Shown here one piece after another: positions 59,291 to 64,000 of a stretch of DNA of 64,000 nt. The DNA is from an uncultured delta proteobacterium (lineage in GTDB: Bacteria > Desulfobacterota > Binatia > UBA9968), in the NCBI GenBank assembly GCA_963771465.1, contig CAVYTU010000006.1, positions 96,001 to 160,000 on the forward strand, in the 5' to 3' direction. A program made the position numbers and the translations under genes. The notes beneath the pieces are model-generated. The model was not told the DNA's origin and searched no databases. It saw only the letters and a list, made by a program, of their open reading frames with translations. Every line of letters begins with the position of its first letter. Within the stretch, counting starts at the first letter, position 1.

Positions 59291-60868
59291 ATGAACCGCT
59301 CTTGCAGCATTCGCAGCATTTGCAAATTGGCTTTGGTCCTTTTTATTTCCTCGTTCAGTGCGCAAGCTGCGCATGCGGCAGCGGCGGAGCCGAAGCGCGG
59401 CGGCACTATCACCGTCGGCGTTACCCGCGACATTTCGGTCATGAACCCTTTGGTGGACACCGGTTCAACCCAGAAGCGAATTCGCGATTTGATGTTCGAG
59501 CCGCTCTTGGCAATCGATCTCAAAGGCAACCTCCAGCCCGCACTGGCGGAAGGGTGGGAGGTTTCCAAGGACGGCAAGCTCTACACCATCCGGCTGCGCA
59601 AGGGAGTGAAGTTTCACAATGGCCAGGAGATGACCGCCGAAGACGCAAAGTTCGCCATCGATTACAGCATGAACGCCAAGAATGGCGCGCGCGGCTTTGC
59701 CGAACTGTCTATCGTCGATCGCGCCGAGGCGCGTGACAAGTATACCCTAAACATTTACTTGAAAAGCTCTGCGCCCGGATTTAAATACGCTCTCGCTCGA
59801 ATCGAAACCTTTTCGGTCATCCCCAAAGAGTCGGTTGCAGAGGGCATGAAAAATCCAAACAGATTTCCTCCCGGCACCGGCCCTTTCAAATTTGTCGAAT
59901 GGCAATCGCAGCAACGCATCGTCTTCGAACGATTCCCCGACTACTGGGGGCACAAAGCCTACGTCGATCGGGCGATCCTGCGGATTATTGGCGACACCAC
60001 GGTGGCTTTCACCGCGCTGCGCGCCGGCGATATCGATATGACGGAGAGGGCGCCCTACGAGTGGATCAAGGAAATTGGCGATGGAAAGCTCAAGGGCATT
60101 GGCTTCGCCGAATCGCGCTATTCCGCCGGTCGCGCCATCGAATTCAACGTCGCCGATCCACCCTTCAACAACAAGAAACTGCGTTTGGCCGTTGCCCATG
60201 CCATCGACCGCAAGGAAATTCTTCAGGCGGCTTACTTTGGCTTTGGCGAGCCGTCGGATCAAATTTATCCGAAGGGACACAAGTGGTATTTCGAGGGCGT
60301 GCCGTCGCCTGCCTATGATCTCAATAAAGCCAGGGCATTGCTGAAGGAGGCGGGCTACAAGGGTGAGGAAATCGAAATGCTCGGCAGCATGGGCGGAACC
60401 CAGGAGGTCGAGATCGCAACGGTGCAGGCCCAACTAAAAAAAATCGGCATGAACATCAAGATCAGAATGGCGGAGCGTGGGTCCAATGTTCAAATGCGGC
60501 GCAAGGGCCAATACGCTTTCAAGCTCTCCGGCGATCCCGGCGTCAATCCCAACCCCGTGGATCTTTACTTGCCGATCCATGCTTGTGAATCCGATCCGAG
60601 AAATCGCAATCAGAACGAATCCGGCTATTGCGACAAGGAGGTTGACGCGCTCTTGAAAGCAGCGGCCGAGGAACACGATGAAAAACAGTTGCGCGCCTTG
60701 ATGCGAAAAGTCGTTGCCCGTTTGCAGGATGATGTGCCCACTGTGAATATCGGCCATACATCGCGCTTCTTCGCGCTGCGCGACCACGTCAAAGGCTTTA
60801 CGACTGCTTATGACGGAGAGTTCGTGTGGGGTGGTGGAGGATTGAATCGGGCCTGGCTAGATAAATGA
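59291..60868 (+). CDS. ABC transporter substrate-binding protein, family 5 (peptide/nickel)
   Basis: LAEGWEVSKDG..LRKGVKFHNG, GTGPF; GGAGG RBS. Confidence 0.9.
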   Translation: MNRSCSIRSICKLALVLFISSFSAQAAHAAAAEPKRGGTITVGVTRDISVMNPLVDTGSTQKRIRDLMFEPLLAIDLKGNLQPALAEGWEVSKDGKLYTIRLRKGVKFHNGQEMTAEDAKFAIDYSMNAKNGARGFAELSIVDRAEARDKYTLNIYLKSSAPGFKYALARIETFSVIPKESVAEGMKNPNRFPPGTGPFKFVEWQSQQRIVFERFPDYWGHKAYVDRAILRIIGDTTVAFTALRAGDIDMTERAPYEWIKEIGDGKLKGIGFAESRYSAGRAIEFNVADPPFNNKKLRLAVAHAIDRKEILQAAYFGFGEPSDQIYPKGHKWYFEGVPSPAYDLNKARALLKEAGYKGEEIEMLGSMGGTQEVEIATVQAQLKKIGMNIKIRMAERGSNVQMRRKGQYAFKLSGDPGVNPNPVDLYLPIHACESDPRNRNQNESGYCDKEVDALLKAAAEEHDEKQLRALMRKVVARLQDDVPTVNIGHTSRFFALRDHVKGFTTAYDGEFVWGGGGLNRAWLDK

Positions 60869-61224
60869 AAAGTGATATGGCGCGAGCTGTTAAATTCCGA
60901 TGGGAGATACTCCATCGGTTGCGTCGTCACTATTAGTGCTAGCCCGGATCATTCGCGGTAAGAAAGCGATCGAGGTGCAACCCTTCCGGAACGAAGGCAA
61001 GGCAGTTGTGCCTTGAAGATGCATACGATACGAGTTGCTGATGAGATCAACAGTGACAAGGTCAAACATGGTGCTTCTCTCGTTGCATGAATAATCCGGC
61101 CTAGCTTTCGACGGTGGAACGACAGGAACTGCTGAACATTCGCTTTGCAATATTTTTATTCGCGCCAGCTTAGTTTAATCTATTGTCGCCGCGTAACCCG
61201 CGAACCGAAACTTAGTATGGAGGA

Positions 61225-62367
61225 ATGATGGACTACACGCGTTTTGCTCACGTGAGACCCACGCCTTTTGAAACCTGGGTCCAAGCCGAAGGGCTGAAAG
61301 TAATTACGACGCACACCGTCCCCGATGTTTTAACCGTAGAGCTGGAACCCTGGAAGCGAACCGGCTGCTTGGGCGCGCTGCTGGATATGACCCATGACCC
61401 GTCGGAGAAAGCCATGATCAACAACCAGGGAACCACTCGCTATATTGTCGAGATCCCGCCGGGGGGCACCTTCAAGCCGGAAAAGCACATGTACGAGGAA
61501 ATCTTCTACGTCGTGAAGGGGCGCGGCGCCACCGTTGTCTGGAACGAAGGAACACCCAAACTGACCTTCGAATGGGAAGAGGACGCCGTCTTTGCCATAC
61601 CCTTGAATACGTGGCACGAGATCCACAACGGCAGCGGATCGGAATCCGTTCGCCTCTACGCGGCGAGCAACATGCCGACGCCCTTCAATCTCTACGGCAG
61701 CCCGGAATTCATTTTTAACTGCGCCAATACTTTCAACGATCGTTTCGACCCCAATGACGAAACGTTTTTCAATCGCAAGGCGACGAAGCTTGAGGATCGG
61801 CTATTGCAATCGAATTTCATTCCCAGCGTGACAAAGTTGGCTCTCGACAATTGGGCATACCGCGGGCCAGGGACCAATATGCATGTCCTGATGTCCGGCG
61901 GCCGCTTTGTTTGCCATGTGTCGGAGTTTCCGCCGGCGTCCTACAAGAAGGGGCACGGCTTCGTGGACGGGCAGGCAACCGGCGGTCGCAACAGAACCGG
62001 TCTCACCAACGAGAACAGCTATCTTTTTCTCAGCGGCGAAGGCTACGACCTGCAGTGGAAGCCGGGAGTAATGCCGGGGCCGGGAGTACCCTTCGAGCGG
62101 TTCAATTTCAAAAGGGGGTCGCTGATGACCAACGGTCAGGCGGGCCATCAGCATTTCAACCCGAGCAATGAAGCCGCGCGATATCTCGTCCTGCGCTATG
62201 GCAACGATCGTTTCGGTCTGCGCGAAGGGCAAATGCCAGCAGGCAAGAATCCGGAGCGCTGGCGCAGGCCGCAGATCGAGTACAAGGAAGAGCAGCCAGA
62301 AATCCGCCCTTTGTTCGAGGAAGAGTGCCGAAAGCGCGGCGTCACATCCAGGATGTCCGACTTATGA
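61225..62367 (+). CDS. Bicupin domain protein
   Basis: KHMYEEIFYV..G.G, IPLNTWH..N; second cupin with GH...HQHFN. Confidence 0.8.
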   Translation: MMDYTRFAHVRPTPFETWVQAEGLKVITTHTVPDVLTVELEPWKRTGCLGALLDMTHDPSEKAMINNQGTTRYIVEIPPGGTFKPEKHMYEEIFYVVKGRGATVVWNEGTPKLTFEWEEDAVFAIPLNTWHEIHNGSGSESVRLYAASNMPTPFNLYGSPEFIFNCANTFNDRFDPNDETFFNRKATKLEDRLLQSNFIPSVTKLALDNWAYRGPGTNMHVLMSGGRFVCHVSEFPPASYKKGHGFVDGQATGGRNRTGLTNENSYLFLSGEGYDLQWKPGVMPGPGVPFERFNFKRGSLMTNGQAGHQHFNPSNEAARYLVLRYGNDRFGLREGQMPAGKNPERWRRPQIEYKEEQPEIRPLFEEECRKRGVTSRMSDL

Positions 62368-62527
62368 GAGCACCGCGCGAGGGGTGAAATTCAGAACCGC
62401 GACAACAACGTGAAACAACTTAGTGCCTTTCATTAGGCAAATGATATATGGCTATAGCGGGATGGCGCGGCCGGAGATTGGCCGGTCTCTCTCTTTCCAA
62501 TCGGCAATCTAAACACGGAGGTGATTC

Positions 62528-63295
62528 ATGGCACAGCGAGTTTGGGATCAATATTTAACCGAACGAGACCGGGCGCATTTGGCGATGCGGCCGCCGCGCC
62601 GGCGCGGTTTCGGCGAGAAGCCGGCTTTGCTCCTCATCGATCTCTATCGCTGGGTCTTCGGCGACAAACCGGAACCTATTTTAGAAGCGATGAAAAAATG
62701 GCCGAGTAGCTGTGGCCTGGATGGGTGGAACGCTGTCCCACAAATTCAAAAACTTTTAGCTAAGGCGCGCGAGGTGGCCATTCCGATCGTGCACATGACG
62801 GGGTTGGATGGCGCCGGTGTGGTGTCGCGCTCGCCCCAGCGTGAGGCGGGCCTTCAGGGCGATCGAGACCCTGAAGCACAAGACCGCCTCAGGCGCCGCT
62901 TCGATATTATCGACGAGGTAGCGCCGCTGCCCGGCGAGGCGGTGCTGCGCAAGGCTTCTCCCAGCGCATTCTGGGGTACGCCGCTGGTGGGACATCTCAA
63001 TGCGCTCCATATCGACACGATTATTACTTGCGGCGAGAGCACAAGCGGATGCGTGCGCGCCAGCGTCGTTGATGGATCCACTTATCGTTTCCGGATGGTG
63101 GTCGCGGAGGAATGCGTGTTTGATCGTCACCAGGCGACGCACGCTATGAATCTATTCGACATGAATCAAAAGTATGCCGAGGTCTTGGCGCTGCAGGAGG
63201 TGTTGGACTATTTAGACCGTTTAGCGCCGCCGGCCGCGCGGCGGTCAAATCAATCAGTAGGGAAACAGGATCAAACTGAGGCTAGCTCACTCTGA
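62528..63295 (+). CDS. Isochorismatase-family amidohydrolase (N-carbamoylsarcosine amidase / maleamate amidase-like)
   Basis: GFGEKPALLLID, KASPSAFWGT, STSGCVRAS, FDMNQKY. Confidence 0.9.
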   Translation: MAQRVWDQYLTERDRAHLAMRPPRRRGFGEKPALLLIDLYRWVFGDKPEPILEAMKKWPSSCGLDGWNAVPQIQKLLAKAREVAIPIVHMTGLDGAGVVSRSPQREAGLQGDRDPEAQDRLRRRFDIIDEVAPLPGEAVLRKASPSAFWGTPLVGHLNALHIDTIITCGESTSGCVRASVVDGSTYRFRMVVAEECVFDRHQATHAMNLFDMNQKYAEVLALQEVLDYLDRLAPPAARRSNQSVGKQDQTEASSL

Positions 63296-63358
63296 CCTCT
63301 CCGCCATCTTCGTCGCAACGCGCAGATGTGAAACTCACACCGGAAGAGGAAAACAACA

Positions 63359-64000
63359 ATGACGCAATTCGAGCCATTACGCGTAGGTCTCATTGGAGCT
63401 GGTGGTAGATGGGGGCCGCGGGCGCATGTGCCGGCGCTGAAGGGCGTGGCCGAAGCCGAGCTTTATGCCGTGTGCACAGCGCATGCGGATACCGCGCAGG
63501 CGGCGGCTGATAAGTTCGGCGTGACGCGCGCGTACGGCAGCGACAAGGCGTTGCACGCCGACCCGCAAGTCGAAGCCGTGGCGGTCGCGGTGCGCGTGCC
63601 GGCGCACTATGAGCTTAGCAAAAATGCCATTGAAGCGGGCAAGCACGTTTTCTGCGAATGGCCCCTCGGTGCGAATACCAAAGAGGCCGAAGAACTGGCG
63701 GCGTTGGCGCGCCAGAAAAACGTCCGCACCATGGTCGGCTTGCAGCGCCGCGCGTCGCCCGCTTATCTATACATGCGCGAACTGATCCAGCAAGGGTACG
63801 TCGGCCAGGTGCTGTCGGTGAACCTGACGCTGATGAACAGCGGCGTGTTGACCCGGCCCTCGGATCGCACCTGGCAGCGCGATGTGACACTGGGCGCGAA
63901 CACGCTGACGATTACCTTCGGTCACGTGCTTGATGCCATGTGCATGGTGGTCGGCGAGCTGACCGAAGTGTCCGCCATCGTTGCCACGCAAGTGCCGCAG
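63359..64000 (+). CDS. Gfo/Idh/MocA family oxidoreductase, runs off the window end
   Basis: Manual translation: MTQFEPLRVGLIGAGG..AHVPAL..AGKHVFCEWP..VGLQRR; GAGGA RBS. Confidence 0.9.
   Translation, partial: MTQFEPLRVGLIGAGGRWGPRAHVPALKGVAEAELYAVCTAHADTAQAAADKFGVTRAYGSDKALHADPQVEAVAVAVRVPAHYELSKNAIEAGKHVFCEWPLGANTKEAEELAALARQKNVRTMVGLQRRASPAYLYMRELIQQGYVGQVLSVNLTLMNSGVLTRPSDRTWQRDVTLGANTLTITFGHVLDAMCMVVGELTEVSAIVATQVPQ

Noticed and set aside
1-64000. tRNA, rRNA, known riboswitches, prophage or defence systems
   Set aside because: No recognisable signatures by eye; a covariance-model search was not possible.

Overview
Bacterial chromosomal window rich in accessory metabolic genes. The many orphan solute-binding proteins (SBPs), Bug/TctC proteins, amidohydrolases and isochorismatases resemble soil Candidatus Binatia / Deltaproteobacteria-type genomes; this is inference from gene style only. 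It holds about 45 CDSs: a class A PBP cut by the window start, 8 intact ABC-type SBPs and 3 TctC proteins against only one permease and no ATPase, many hydrolases, a convergent Prim-PolC/LigC pair, a LysR gene divergent from two secreted Cys-rich alpha/beta hydrolases, a MEDS protein with a PAS hybrid kinase, and several gene remnants. I saw no rRNA, tRNA, CRISPR array or intact transposase. Most notable: (i) several enzymes with substituted catalytic residues (two Cys-less arylmalonate decarboxylase/maleate isomerase-fold proteins, a LeuB paralog with altered metal and cofactor motifs in an enolase-SBP operon, a Cys->Thr isochorismatase); (ii) a duplicated promoter-region plus 5'-end module fused onto an unrelated MBL gene; (iii) several short dispersed repeat/MITE families and a RAYT transposase remnant; (iv) four +1 frameshifts that may be assembly errors. 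No single clearly new multi-gene system can be proven from sequence alone. All family calls are from motif recognition, not database searches.
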